Assembly (NCBI GenBank): GCA_043228905.1
Contig: JBHGNT010000016.1
Coordinates: 14,756,001 to 14,820,000, forward strand
Length of the DNA: 64,000 bases
Origin: Azolla caroliniana
Lineage: Eukaryota; Plantae; Polypodiophyta
Direction: 5' to 3'
This document shows positions 24,246 to 37,200 of the stretch, in pieces. Each line of letters begins with the position of its first letter. Within the stretch, counting starts at the first letter, position 1. The position numbers were made by a program, and so were the translations under genes. Under the pieces are notes generated by a model. That model worked only from the letters and a program-made list of their open reading frames with translations. It had not been told where the DNA came from and made no database searches.

Positions 24246-24838
24246 TGAGATTCACCGAGAATGTTATCTAGGAATCCCTTGGGGCAGAGTTATCTCCCCT
24301 AACTCTCGTATCCAACTAAGTGTATAGCCGACAGGACGACCGGAGGTCCCTTCCTTCCTACCACAATCACCTTGGTCCGATTACTCGGAAGTGGTAACCA
24401 AGAGTGTGTTCCTCTAGAAAAGGGGCAACAGAGTATTAGCCTTACCCTTGCCGAAGACATCTTCGAATTCCAGGTACTTTGAATTCACAACAAAAACCTT
24501 TGTAGAGAGATGGTCGATATTTGGTGAGATTTTGAATCTTGGTTGGTAGCAACAAGAAAGTTGGGTGCAAGTTCTTGTTAGGAATCATTGATGGCTTGTT
24601 TTCTCCTTGATCAATTTCAGAATTATGAAGTTCAAACGAAGCACAACCAATGACAACTTGAATTGACTCAGTTTTTCTTAAACTTATATCTCCAAATGCA
24701 ATAGGGCGACCGTCAATGATCACAACAGTTGTGAGACAAGGGAGGTTGCTTAATAGGAGTTTCTAGATTAAGGAAAATTCTCAATCCATAAAACAAGAGC
24801 TGGCTCCTGAATCGAGGAGGGCAAAGGCAAGAACTCGA
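24246..24838 (-). mobile_element. Internally deleted Gypsy remnant (protease-region fragment plus a possible short LTR ~24246-24429)
   Basis: IIDGRPIAFGDI...TESIQVVIG resembles chromoviral protease C-terminus; interrupts the copia RT at 24245. Confidence 0.45.
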
Positions 24839-25770
24839 TGTTAAGCAAGCTAGTTGTATGGGGGTACATGTAAACAACACAATGTGAAGACAATTTGAAT
24901 GTTATATTTAGTGTTTGTTAACTTTGCTTCATAATTCCTTAATAATTAGTATTACTTGTAGCATTATCATTGTCTACTCATCACTTATTTTGTTGATACA
25001 CAATCTCTGGAGAGAAATTTAAGCAAAGTTAGTTAAGTTTTTATAATGGCACTAAAGATGATTAGTAAAACTAGATAAATGCTATCTACGCATGTCCCTC
25101 ATGATGGGGGGAAGACAGCTAAAAAGCCGTAAATCGGCCTAAAGGCCGATTAAGGGTCGGTTGGTCGGATTCAGCCGAGAGGCTGATTAAGCGTCGGCTG
25201 GTCAGATTCGACCGAAAGGCCGAATGAGGGCCGACTGGTCGGAATCGGCTGAGGGGCCGAATGAGAGTCGGCTGAGAGTTCAAATATATATATATATATA
25301 TATAAGTTAGGGTGATGAATAATAATGTGTGTGTGTGTGTGTAAGAGATACCATAGAGACAAGAGCAGAGAGAGCGTGAGTGAGGTAGAAAAGAGAAAAA
25401 GAGACCTGAAACAACATGAGTTGCGCGAGAGACAACATGCTTAGGCACTGCGAAGAAGTGTTGAGTTAGTTCGTGCGAACAAGACAAAGAGAAGACGGGA
25501 AGACAACAAGTGTAGGCACAGTCTTATGGAACTTGCCCAAACCCTAGAAGTGGTTTCAAACATCAATCTATTGCATCTACCCCTGAACAAGAAGTTGAAA
25601 GCTCTGTAATCTGTTTTGTTTTATACTCTTCATTCATAGTGAAATTTTTTCGGGTAGAGTGCCCGTGGTTTTTTTCGTGATCTGGGATTTTCCACATAAC
25701 TCGTGTGTAGTTTGATTTGTGTTTATGTCTCAGAATAATCTACTGTTTATCTCTTATTGTAAATCCATCA
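24839..25770 (+). mobile_element. Probable Tork-like copia LTR with degenerate PBS
   Basis: TGTT start, gcccgtggttttt...gggattttccac motif at ~25661-25694, tgatatca at ~25774, (TA)n and (TG)n inside, short ggccga/tcggc repeats. Confidence 0.5.
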
Positions 25771-26654
25771 AACTGATATCAAACCATTCGAATGCACCTG
25801 GCCAAAAATGTCTATTTCAACATGGCAAAGGAGACGATTGCATTCTCTTTGTGGGAGAAACTATAGGTGGTGTACGATTGCATCCAATGATAGATTGAAG
25901 CCATTCGGCATAACATCAAGCCAATTTCATTGTCTGCAAAAGAATGGCGATCTATGGACGAAATAGTCTAATTGACCATTCGAATGCACCTGCCTGAAAA
26001 ATGTCTATTTCAGTAGGGCAAAGGAGACGATTGCATTCTCTTTGTGGGAGAAACTATAGGTGGTGTACGAGAAGAAATCCTCCTCATCAAAGTTGATACT
26101 GATTCAATTTTTTTAACATGAAGATGAGAGAGACGGATCCAGCAACCTCCCACATCAACACCTTTAGTTGGATATTATCTGAACTCTACTCCTAAGGGAT
26201 TAACTTCAAAGAAGAAGTTAAAGTGTGTGCCCTCCTTTCGAGCTTGCCGGCGAGTTGGGAGGTATTTTGCATGACTTTTGCCAACTGCTGTTTGAATCTA
26301 AATCTAAATGAGATGATCGAACATGTCCTAATCGAGGACATTTGGTGAAAATCGATGGGACGCACCATCGATGAGTCAACAAAAGCCCACCATTCTGTCG
26401 AATACGGGTCTCTAATGGATGTATTCACACCTGTCACTTTTGTACACACTAGGTTTAGGCTATTTATGTAAATAGTGAGAAGGGCAGTTGCCCTAAGTTA
26501 GTCAGTATATAAACTGACTTTGTAACCTAGTTTTGTAGTTGTTGAAAATATAGTTCATCTTGTGCCTAACGTCCCTCTCTCTGGCGTTCTAGTTGCATAT
26601 TATTCTATGTTTTCTGTTGCCATCAAACTACCTTGCTTTTATCGGTCTATGATC

Positions 26655-29600
26655 TGTTGGGATTTCGGTCCCTCCGGATGGGATGTCCGGAGATGAATGA
26701 CGGCAAGCCCGGTTGCGGTTACGGAGCCGGATGATGAAGACCCCGGCTACGGAGCCGGATGATGAATACCCCGGCTACGGAGCCGGATGACGAATGTACC
26801 CGGAGAGAGATCCGGATGCGGGGACATATTTGTGAATATGTTTGCCAAGGGCACTCGAGGCTATATTTGTAAATAGCCCGAAAGTCATATGTGTATAAAT
26901 ATGACTTAGGGCAAACAGTTTTGTTTGTTGTTGCTCATTTTTCTGTTTTCCACTAAGAGGGAGCGAAGTGAGAGCAGCCGAGAGAGAGAGAGAGGAAGGA
27001 AGAGGTCGACGCCTCTGTGTAATACCGCCGCCTGTGGCGAGGACAGCGAGCTCAAGGTCGTCGCCTTGCAGCTCGCCATTGTACATTCCCCGCGTATAGT
27101 GATAGTTGGAGTCTTGCACTCCCGTGGTTTTTTCCCATTTAGGGTTTTCCACGTAAAACATCCAGTGTACCCTTCTCTCTATTGTCTTCGTGCATTTTGT
27201 ATTTCCTGTTTTCTGTGAGTTAATCCTATTCCTCGGTTGTGGCCGAGCACCGTGTTCAACAAAGTGGTATCAGAGCGACGGTAACACAGAAAATGGAAGG
27301 CGGCAGCAGCGGGCAGCCGGGGATGATGGTGCTGAATGCGCAGAACTACGCCGACTGGAAGATAAAGATGGAGGATCTGCTCATTGTTCGGGACCTGTAT
27401 GAACCGATCGACAGGTCGGAAATACCCAGGGGGGTACTTGAGACGGAGTGGAGGCTTCTGAACCGGAAAGCCGTTGCAACCATTCGGCAATACGTCGACG
27501 TGAGCGTTCTACAACACGTGGCGAACGACACCAACGCATATGAGATGTGGCGGAGGCTGTCGGGCCTCTACGAGAGGAAGAATGCGTTGAACCGGACCTC
27601 CCTGATGAGAAAGATAGTGAACCTCAAGTACCGGGACGGCGAGAGTATGGTGGAACACGTAAGCACGTTCATGGGATTCGTGAACCAGCTTGCGGCGATC
27701 AAGTTCCCGTTGGAGGATGCAATGCAAGCCATCATCCTGATGTGTACATTGCCGGACAGCTGGGAGAACTTGGTGGTGACTCTCAGCACCTCTTGCACGG
27801 AAGATAACTTGTCCCTACACATGGTAAAGACAAGTATTTTGAACGAAGAAGCGCGTCGGAGAGATAAAGAACCGGCCTCCGACTCGAAGGTGCGGCTTAC
27901 CGAATCGGAACGGGGAAGACAATGGAACCGGAGTCCGCAAAGACGGGAGAAGTCGGGGACCCGGTCGCAGTCAAGAGGAAGACCCACATGCTTCCACTGT
28001 GGGAAGCCGGGGCACTTCCGGAAGAATTGTCGGCATTACCGAAAAGACAACGGAGCCGACGACACCGATTCGAAGAAGTCACCGGAGCGAAACGGTGCAT
28101 ACTGGGGAGCCACGGACCGGAGAGGTCCGGATCGGCGAGGGCAGGACCGGAAAGGAACGACGGCACTCGCGGCAAGTGAAGAAGAGATAATGCTCATTAC
28201 CGAAGAGAGGGAGCTGAACCTTGCCGGTGAAGAGATGACCTGGGTGGTCGATTCCGGAGCGTCGTTCCACCTGACCCCGGAGAAGAAATACTTCTCATCC
28301 TACACAGCCGGTGAGCACGGCTGTGTCCGGATGGGAAATGAAGGTACATGCCGGATTGCCGGCATAGGAGACGTGTGGTTGACAACCTCGACCGGATGCA
28401 AAATGCTGCTGAAGGATGTCAGACACGTTCCGGAGGTTCGATTGAACCTGATTTCGGCCGGGAGGCTAGACGATGAAGGCTACACAGGTAGCATCCGGAA
28501 CGGCGTAATGAAGTTCAGCAAGGGGAGCCTGATAGTGGCTCGGGCCCGGAAAGTCAACACACTGTACCTGATGAATGCCCGGTTATGTCTGGAAGAGCTG
28601 AATGTGGCAGCCGACACTGCCGGTGAGCTGTGGCACAAAAGACTGTGCCACATGAGTGAGAAGGGGATGAAGAGGCTTGTAGAAGACAACCTTATTCCAG
28701 TGAAGCATGTGCACCTGGAGAAGTGCACCGATTGCCTGGCCGGTAAGCAGAACCGAACCTCCTTCCACTCAAGGCCACCGACGAGACGTAGTGTACCATT
28801 GGAGTTGGTACACACTGATGTGTGTCAGGTAGAAACGAAGTCACATGGCGGAGCCCAGTACTTCGTAACATTCATAGATGATCATAGCCGAAGACTGTGG
28901 ACGGCACCGATGAAGACAAAGGACCAAGTGTTGTGCGTTTTCAAAGAACTCCACGCGAGAGTGGAAAGGGAATCCGGCAAGAAGCTGAAAGCGATACGAG
29001 CGGATAACGGAGGGGAATACCGGGGGCAGTTCCAGGAGTACTGTCGCTCGAAGGGAATCCGGCTCGAGTTTACTGTGCCGAAGACGCCGGAACTAAACGG
29101 GCTGGCCGAGAGGATGAACCGGACCATAATGGAGAGGGTCCGGAGTATGCTGGCGCATGTGAAATTACCCAAGGGGTTTTGGGCTGAGGCAATGTCGACG
29201 GCGACATACGTGATAAACAGATCACCCTCAGTACCTTTGGACGGAGACACGCCGCAGAAAGTGTGGACCGGTAAGGAAGTGTCCTACCGGCATCTGAAGG
29301 TGTTCGGGTGTCTCGCATACGTGCATGTGGCAAAGGACCGGAGAGGAAAGCTAGATCCAAAGACCCGGCCATGCATATTCCTCGGTTACGGCGACGATGA
29401 GTTCGGCTACCGAGTATGGGACCCGGTCGACAAGAAGATATTCAGGAGTCGAGACATCATCTTCATGGAGGACAAGACACTCGCCGACTGGGAGTCGGAG
29501 AAGAAGATGAAGAGCTCCAAGTCGACCGGTGAGGATCAACTCTACGAGGAGCAGTCCCGACCGGCAAGGGACCGGTTAGCACTCGAGGATCCGGCCGAAG

Positions 29601-32011
29601 ACGGTGAAGAAACAGAACCGGCCGAAGAAGATGAAAATGATACCGGAACCGGCCCCGATCCTGAAATGGATTCGGATGTAGAAGAATCGGAAGAACCGGT
29701 TACCGAAGCTCCCGAACGGAGATATCCTCTAAGAGAGAGGAGGGCCCCCCGGAGATTTCCGGATCCAGAGCACGTGCTCCTAACCGACGAGGGGGAGCCG
29801 GAGAGCTTTGAAGAAGCAAAGCATGACACCCAGAGCCGCAGGTGGTTGAGTGCCATGCAGGAGGAGATGGATTCCCTGCATGAGAACCACACATATGAAC
29901 TTGTGGAGTTGCCGAAAGGAAAGTGGGCGCTTCGAAACAAGTGGGTGTTCAAGCTGAAACCAGGAGATGCCGGAAACCCCCCAAGATACAAAGCCAGGAT
30001 CGTGGTGAAGGGGTTTCAGCAGAAGAAGGGCGTCGACTTCGACGAGATATTTGCCCCGGTAGTGAAGATGACCTCCATCCGGACGGTGCTGAGCATAGCG
30101 GCAAGCATGGACCTCGAGGTAGAACAGATGGACGTGAAGACGGCATTCCTTCACGGTGACCTCGAAGAAGAGATCTACATGCAGCAACCGGAAGGATTCG
30201 AGAAGAAAGGGAAGGAGCACCTGGTATGCCGGTTGAAGAAGAGCCTTTACGGACTGAAGCAGGCTCCCCGGCAATGGTACCGGAAGTTCGACTCCTTCAT
30301 GACCGACGAAGGGTACCTCAAAACGCAGTCCGACCACTGCGTGTTTGTGAAGAAGTTCGAAGGAGGAGACTCTCTAATACTCCTCCTATACGTGGACGAC
30401 ATGTTGATCGTCGGACGGGACCAGGTCAAGATACGGATGCTGAAGAAAGCGCTTCACCGAACCTTCTCAATGAAGGACCTGGGTCCGGCGAGGCAAATAC
30501 TAGGGATGCACATCATCCGGGACCGGAAGAAGAAGCAGTTGTGGCTGTCACAGGAGAAGTACGTGACAAAGGTGCTTCACCGGTTCAACATGTCGGAAGC
30601 AAGACCGGTCGGGTCAACCCTCCCGGCAAACTGCAAGTTGTCCAGCAAGCAAAGCCCCAAGACAAAGGCTGAGAAGGAGGACATGATGAAAGTACCATAT
30701 GCCTCTGCCGTCGGAAGCTTGATGTACGCAATGGTGTGTACAAGACCGGACATAGGATATGCAGTGGGAGTGGTGAGCCGGTACATGAGCAATCCCGGCA
30801 AAGAGCACTGGAACGCGGTCAAGTGGATACTCTGATACCTGAAGGGCACGGCAAACGTGTGCCTCCGATTCGGCTCCGGTAAGCCCGAACTCGACGGCTT
30901 TACCGATTCGGATATGTCGGCTGATGCAGATACCAGCCGGTCCACATCAGGGTATGTGATGACGTATGCAGGGGGAGCTGTTTCGTGGCAGTCGAGGCTG
31001 CAGAAGACGGTTGCGTTGTCAACCACGGAGGCGGAGTACATGGCGCCTGTTGAAGCCGGCAAGGAAATGATATGGATGAAGGACTTCATTAGAGAGCTCG
31101 GTATCCGGCAGGAGGAGTACCGACTCTACTGCGACAGTCAAAGTGCCATCCACCTTGCGAAGAACGCGGCCTATCACTCCCGGACGAAGCACATCCAGCG
31201 AAGATATCACTGGATCCGGGAAAGGATAGAAGACCAGGAGTTCGTGCTGACGAAGATCCACACGGACGAGAACGGCTCAGATATGTTGACCAAAGTGCTC
31301 ACACCCGACAAGGTGGAAGCATGCCGGAAGAGGCTCGGATTGGAGAGACATCCCATGCCGAAGTGAAGGGGGAGTTTGTTGGGATTTCGGTCCCTCCGGA
31401 TGGGATGTCCGGAGATGAATGACGGCAAGCCCGGTTGCGGTTACGGAGCCGGATGATGAAGACCCCCGCTACGGAGCCGGATGATGAAGACCCCGGTTAC
31501 GGAGCCGGATGATGAATACCCCGGCTACGGAGCCGGATGACGAATGTACCCGGAGAGAGATCCGGATGCGGGGACATATTTGTGAATATGTTTGCCAAGG
31601 GCCCTCGAGGCTATATTTGTAAATAGCCCGAAAGTCATATGTGTATAAATAGGACTTAGGGCAAACAATTTTGTTTGTTGTTGCTCATTTTTCTGTTTTC
31701 CACTAAGAGGGAGCGAAGTGAGAGCAGCCGAGAGAGAGAGAGAGGAAGGAAGAGGTCGACGCCTCTGTGTAATACCGCCGCCTGTGGCGAGGACAGCGAG
31801 CTCAAGGTCGTCGCCTTGCAGCTCGCCATTGTACATTCCCCGCGTATAGTGATAGTTGGAGTCTTGCACTCCCGTGGTTTTTTCCCATTTAGGGTTTTCC
31901 ACGTAAAACATCCAGTGTACCCTTCTCTCTATTGTCTTCGTGCATTTTGTATTTCCTGTTTTCTGTGAGTTAATCCTATTCCTCGGTTGTGGCCGAGCAC
32001 CGTGTTCAACA
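26655..32011 (+). mobile_element. Young full-length Ty1/copia element (element D), sister of element C
   Basis: LTRs 26655-27261 and 31377-32011, TSD TGATC 26650-26654/32012-32016, PBS 27265-27276, PPT gaagggggag. Confidence 0.97.
27239..31366 (+). CDS. Copia Gag-Pol polyprotein, intact except one nonsense codon at 30833-30835
   Basis: 1198-aa ORF with all motifs; TGA replaces the CGA seen in element C, and the frame continues to 31366. Likely start ATG 27293. Confidence 0.93.
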
Positions 32012-34213
32012 TGATCTTCTCTTCAGAAGAGTGTTGATTTGTTTCGCACGAGATGGCACATTCACAACATCTAGTATCAGAGCTTGGTGCTCTCGATTCT
32101 GCTACCGCCGTTTATCTAGTTTCCATAAGCAACTCTTCTTCTGTACACCGTGAAGATCTCGGTTGGAAACTCTCTACAAGATCGTTCTCGCAAAGAGAAA
32201 CACCAGCAATATTTGCACTCCACTGCTCTAAATCACCATTGAACTAAGCCAATCGACTACACTTCACTCCTGTGATTGTAGCCGCTCGGAGTGAGTTTTC
32301 ACTTCACAAGCTCTGCCTTAGTCGTACTAAATTGGATTAGACAACAATCGAACAGATCACCTGATGCCAATCACTCGCCTATCATAATCACTCATAGTAG
32401 TTTGGGCCCCAGGAACAACCCCCTTTCGTGCTTCATTCAGCTAGACAACACTCAGAAAGATTAGTTGAATATGTTCCCCTCATTGTCGCAATCACCTGAA
32501 GCAGAATCGGCCTGGATAACTAGCACACAATCTGTGATCGATCATCTCGAAAATCGATTGTCAAAAACGAATCAGCAAACTTGGGTCCAACTCGACTAGG
32601 CTAGTCAGCCGTAGTCACTCGGATCGATCTCGAAAATTCCGGTTCATCGCAATGCCTCCAAGCACATCGACGTTCAATATCACTTTCTTCAGGACTGCAT
32701 CATTTCAGGAAAAATCAGGCTCAGGAAGATACCTACAGCCGACAATGTCGCAGATGGGATGACCAAGTGTCTTTCGGTGGATCGATTTTGATCTCTTCGA
32801 CACCTGATGGGCATAACGAAGAATCAGCCCGATTAAGTCGGACACTCGAGATGTTTTCAAACAATCAACTTCAACAGTTCAAAGTTCGGTCAGTCTCTTC
32901 AACCTCGACTAGTCCAGTCTTTTGTTTCTTGAAGTTCGCCGACTTGAACGAAATTTCGATTTGTTAGAAAACCTTGTATTAATCTATATTGTACACTTAT
33001 TTCAATACTAAAGACTTCGGATGTATACGCCCATTACGGGGGAGTGTCGAATACGGGTCTCTAATGGACGTATTCACACCTGTCACATTTGTACACACTA
33101 GGTTTAGGCTATTTATGTAAATAGTGAGAAGGGCATTTTCCCTAAGTTAGTCAGTATATAAACTAACTTTGTAACCTCATTTTGTAGTTGTTGAAAATAT
33201 AGTTCATCTTGTGCCTAACGTCCCTCTCTCTGGCGTTCTAGTTACATATTATTCTCTGTTTTCTGTTGCCATCAAACTACCCAGCTTATATCAGTCTATG
33301 ATCTTCTCTTCAGAAGAGTGTTTATTTGTTTTGCACTAGACGGCGCGTTCACAACACATTCAACCGAGTCGATCGAACTATCCAATCAATTGAGAGAACA
33401 AGTCGAAAGAACCGGTCAAAACACTAGTCGACCAAGAAAGAGGGGAGATCGACAACGGTCGAAGTCAAGGAATAGTCAACCAAGTGACTTCTACACCCAC
33501 TGCAGAAAAATTGGTCATAATGTTTCCGACTGCTAGTCAATTAAAAGAAAGGAGAACCGTTCTCTAGTCAGCAACCAAATCAATGTTGTTGACTCCTAAT
33601 CAGGAAAAATCCTCTCTCTAGAGGACTCGATGATTGGAGAAGTCCTCTGCAATGTGCAAGACGCACTAACATGGCTACTGGACTCCGGTACCACATTTCA
33701 CGAGACCCCAAATATCTAATGATTTTCGAACTATTCAGCCAAAATTGACGGCACTATCCAACTCGGCAATGGGCAAGAATGCAAAAATTGTCAAAATCCG
33801 CAAACTACCAAATTGTACTGCCGAATACAATTGTCCTGCACCATGTCCGGCATGTACCTGAGCTCAAAAGGAGTTTGGTCTCCATCAGCATGTTAGAAGA
33901 AGATGGGTACCGAACAACTCTCATCGAGTTGTCATGGATGATCAACCGAGCAAACATGAAAGTCAGGAATGGATGCAAGCACAACAACTTGTATCCATTA
34001 ATGGCGATCAATCTAGAGGGCACGTTGAATGTAATCGAATCGACCGACTCAAACCTATGGCATGGCCGGCTCGGCCATAATCAATTTGTAATCGTCAAGA
34101 GCAATACGGCTCGAAATGTTGCAGGCATTATGGTCAGGCAAACTGTCGAACTAAGACATGCTCCGTATATTCGGATGCGAAGCCAATGCATTCATCCCCA
34201 GGGATAAGAGGAC

Positions 34214-37200
34214 TGTTGAGAGACAAGCTCAACATCGGCCGGATCGGCTGAAGAAGCCGAGGACCGGATCGGTTGGGACCGATCGGTTAGGCCGAGTGCG
34301 TAAACCGGGAGGCCGTTAGGAAAGATATTCCGTAAGGAATATATTTGGGAGTTAGTGTAGGAGCTCTTAATGAGCATTGAAGTACCGTCAGTACTTCAGT
34401 CAATCCTTTGAGGACTTGTATAAAAGTGTTCATGGAACACACATGTGTATAGAGTAGTGAATCGAGATCTTTTGTTGTTGAATATTGTTCTTCTTTCTCT
34501 CTCTGTCTCTCCCGAGTATACTGCGTAAGCTCAACCTCTCCATTAAACCTGAGTTTTCTATCTTCTGTTCGGTCTTCATACTTGCTTCCGCACGCTACTT
34601 TCTACATGGTATCAGAGTGCGAGGGTTGAGAACCTCTCTGCAGCCGACATAGTGACGAAGAAGAATAAGAAGAACGATGGATAGAGGCATGGCGAGCTCG
34701 CTTCCAACAGAGAAGCTCGACAGAACGAACTACACGTCTTGGTCCTACAAGATGCACCAATACCTACTCGGGCATGGCTACTGGAGTTATGTCGAAGGAG
34801 CTAATGACGTGGCACGTGAATCGACACACAGAGACTTCCCGTAGTGGGAGCAATCGGCGAGCAGGGTATTATACTGCTTCGCGTCGTGTGTGGGCGAACA
34901 GCTATTGAGCTATGTCCGGGATGCAAAGACGCCGAAGGGTGCGTGGGAAAATCTGAAGAAGATTTTCGCCGCGAGCACCATAGCCAGGAAGCTCCAGCTC
35001 CTACAGGAGTTGAGCAACCTACGACAATGCGACTTGTCCGTGGCGGACTATACCTCGAAGATCAAGGATATCTGCGACTCCCTCGCCTCCATAGAGGTGA
35101 ACATCGAGGAGAGCGAGATGGTCCAGATCTATCTCGGAGGTTTGGCGTCGACATTCGGAGCGTTCCGAACGGTCGTGTGTACCCGAGAGAATACGTCGTC
35201 CTTTTTCGACTTACAGTCGATGCTCCTGGTAGAGGAGAACCACGCGGGTGCGTCGACGAGCACGCACACCGACAGCAAGATGTTGTACACGAAGGGAGAA
35301 AGGCCCCGTGGTCGTGGCGGACGAGGTGAGTCGGTACGCAATGGAAGCGGCCGACGAGATCAAGGAAGAAGGCACCGAAGTGATGCCGACAGCAACTCCG
35401 GACCCTCCGGAAACAGGGGGAGTCGAAGCGATGAGAACCCGCAAGGGAAGGCCATCGCAGAGTGTTGGTACTGTGGCAAGAAAGGCCACAGGGAAAGTGA
35501 ATGCTGGAAGAAGCACGCCGATTCGGAGAGAACCGGTTCCAGAAACGGCTCCGGACATACCGACAAGGGAAATCGGCAGCGATCGCACTACGCCGAAGAC
35601 TCCGGGAGAGCCGGAGAAGGGACTGCCTTCGTGACAAGACACGAAGAAAACTCAATGAAGCAGACCACCCCGAGATCGGACGAGGTGTGGTACGTAGACT
35701 CCGGCGCGTCAAACCACATGACCTTGAAAAACCGATACAACCTGGAGTAGTCGCAACTGGAGACGACACTCCGCATCCGATCGCGAATGTCAGAGAAGTT
35801 CCCTTTAGCCATGTCGGGCAGAAAGGGAAACTCATGAACGTGTTGCACGTCCCGACAATCACGAAGAACTTGGTCTCAGTCGGATAGATCGTCGACCAAG
35901 GGATGGAGGTTCGGTTTACACACCTCGGGTGCTTCATTGAGGAAGAAGGCCGTGTGATGGCGCAAGGGCGCAGAGACGGGAGGATGTTCATCCTCGACTC
36001 CACTAACGGCGGCACCGCAATGTTCGCGAAGGGAAGAAAAACCGAGTCGGACATCGACTTGTGGCACAAGCGGATAGGCCACGTCAACTACCAGCGGCTT
36101 CAAGATCTGCAATCGAAACAGGTAGTGTTCGGATTGCCCAAATTTAGTGGCCGAAAGGCACAAATTTGGAAGCCTGCCAGCTCGGGAAGCAACACCGACT
36201 TCCTTTCCCCAACGAGCGAAATAGGAGCCGGAACAAGCTCGACCTTATACACTCCGATGTGTGGGGGCCGGCACAAAACGTTAGTCTTGGCGGGAGCCGA
36301 TATTTCATCTCCTTCATCGACGACCACACGCGGCACACGTGGATCTACCTCATTGAGAGGAAGAGCGAAGTCTTCGACTGTTTCCGTCACCTCAAAGGGT
36401 TCGTGGATACGGAAATGGGACGAAAGATCAAGTGACTGCGGTCGGATGGCGGAAAAGAGTACTTTTCCGGTCAATTCAACGGTTATCTACAACAAATGGG
36501 AATTCGGCGCGAATTCAGTTGTAGATACACGCCGGAGCAGAGCGGTGTGGCCGAGAGGAGGAATCGGTCAGTTGTGGAAGCGGCACGGGCAATGCTGGAG
36601 GAGAAGAGCTTGCCCAAGCTCTACTGGGCCGAAGCGGTAAGGACTGCGGTATATATCCAGAACCGGATCGGAGACAAAGTGTCGGCGCACAAGCTATATT
36701 TCGGAACGAAGCCGAACTTGCGACACTTGAGGGTGTTCGGTAGCATTGCGTATGTGCATGTACCGAAGGAGAAAAGGAGGAAGCTGGACGCAAAGGCCGA
36801 GAAATGCATCTTGGTCGGTTACTCGGACGAGCAGAAGGGTTATAAGTGCTATAACCCTCGCACCAAACAAGTGTGTGTTAGCCACGACCTTGTGTTTGAC
36901 GAGTCCGCGTCCTGGTACCAGCCCCCGACTCCGAACCCCGACTCCAATCTGAGTTCTAACGATGAGGTCAGCGAGGCCGAGATGCCTCCGAGTGAGCCCG
37001 AAATCGAGACCCGTGAAGAGAGTCCGATTTCACTCCGTTTAACTAGACCGATTGGACGACTGAGTCGGTACGACCAGTCCGATGAAGAGCCGGCGATCAG
37101 TGGAGACTCGGCCGTGCATTCCCCGCGCAGGAAGCCGAGGAGACGGCTTACGCGCAAAGAGAAAGGGAAGAAGAAGGTGTCGGATTCCGGTGACGGGTCT

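Larger units (their letters stand above)
26396..33356 (+). mobile_element. Non-autonomous (TRIM/LARD-like) copia-derived LTR element (element E)
   Basis: 5' LTR 26396-26654 + 32017-32069, 3' LTR 33045-33356, TSD CATTC 26391-26395/33357-33361, PBS tagtatcagagc 32072-32083, PPT gggggag; internal ~975 bp with only an RNase H tail (KHIDVQYHF...DNVADGMTKCL). Confidence 0.9.

Noticed and set aside
25783-26070. ~95-bp direct repeat as a mini-LTR pair
   Set aside because: Both copies are gag coding remnants without TG...CA ends or TSD; a local duplication.
35062-36087. 341-aa antisense ORF and other overlapping ORFs in GC-rich elements
   Set aside because: Shadows of GC-rich gag-pol sequence with no recognisable motifs.
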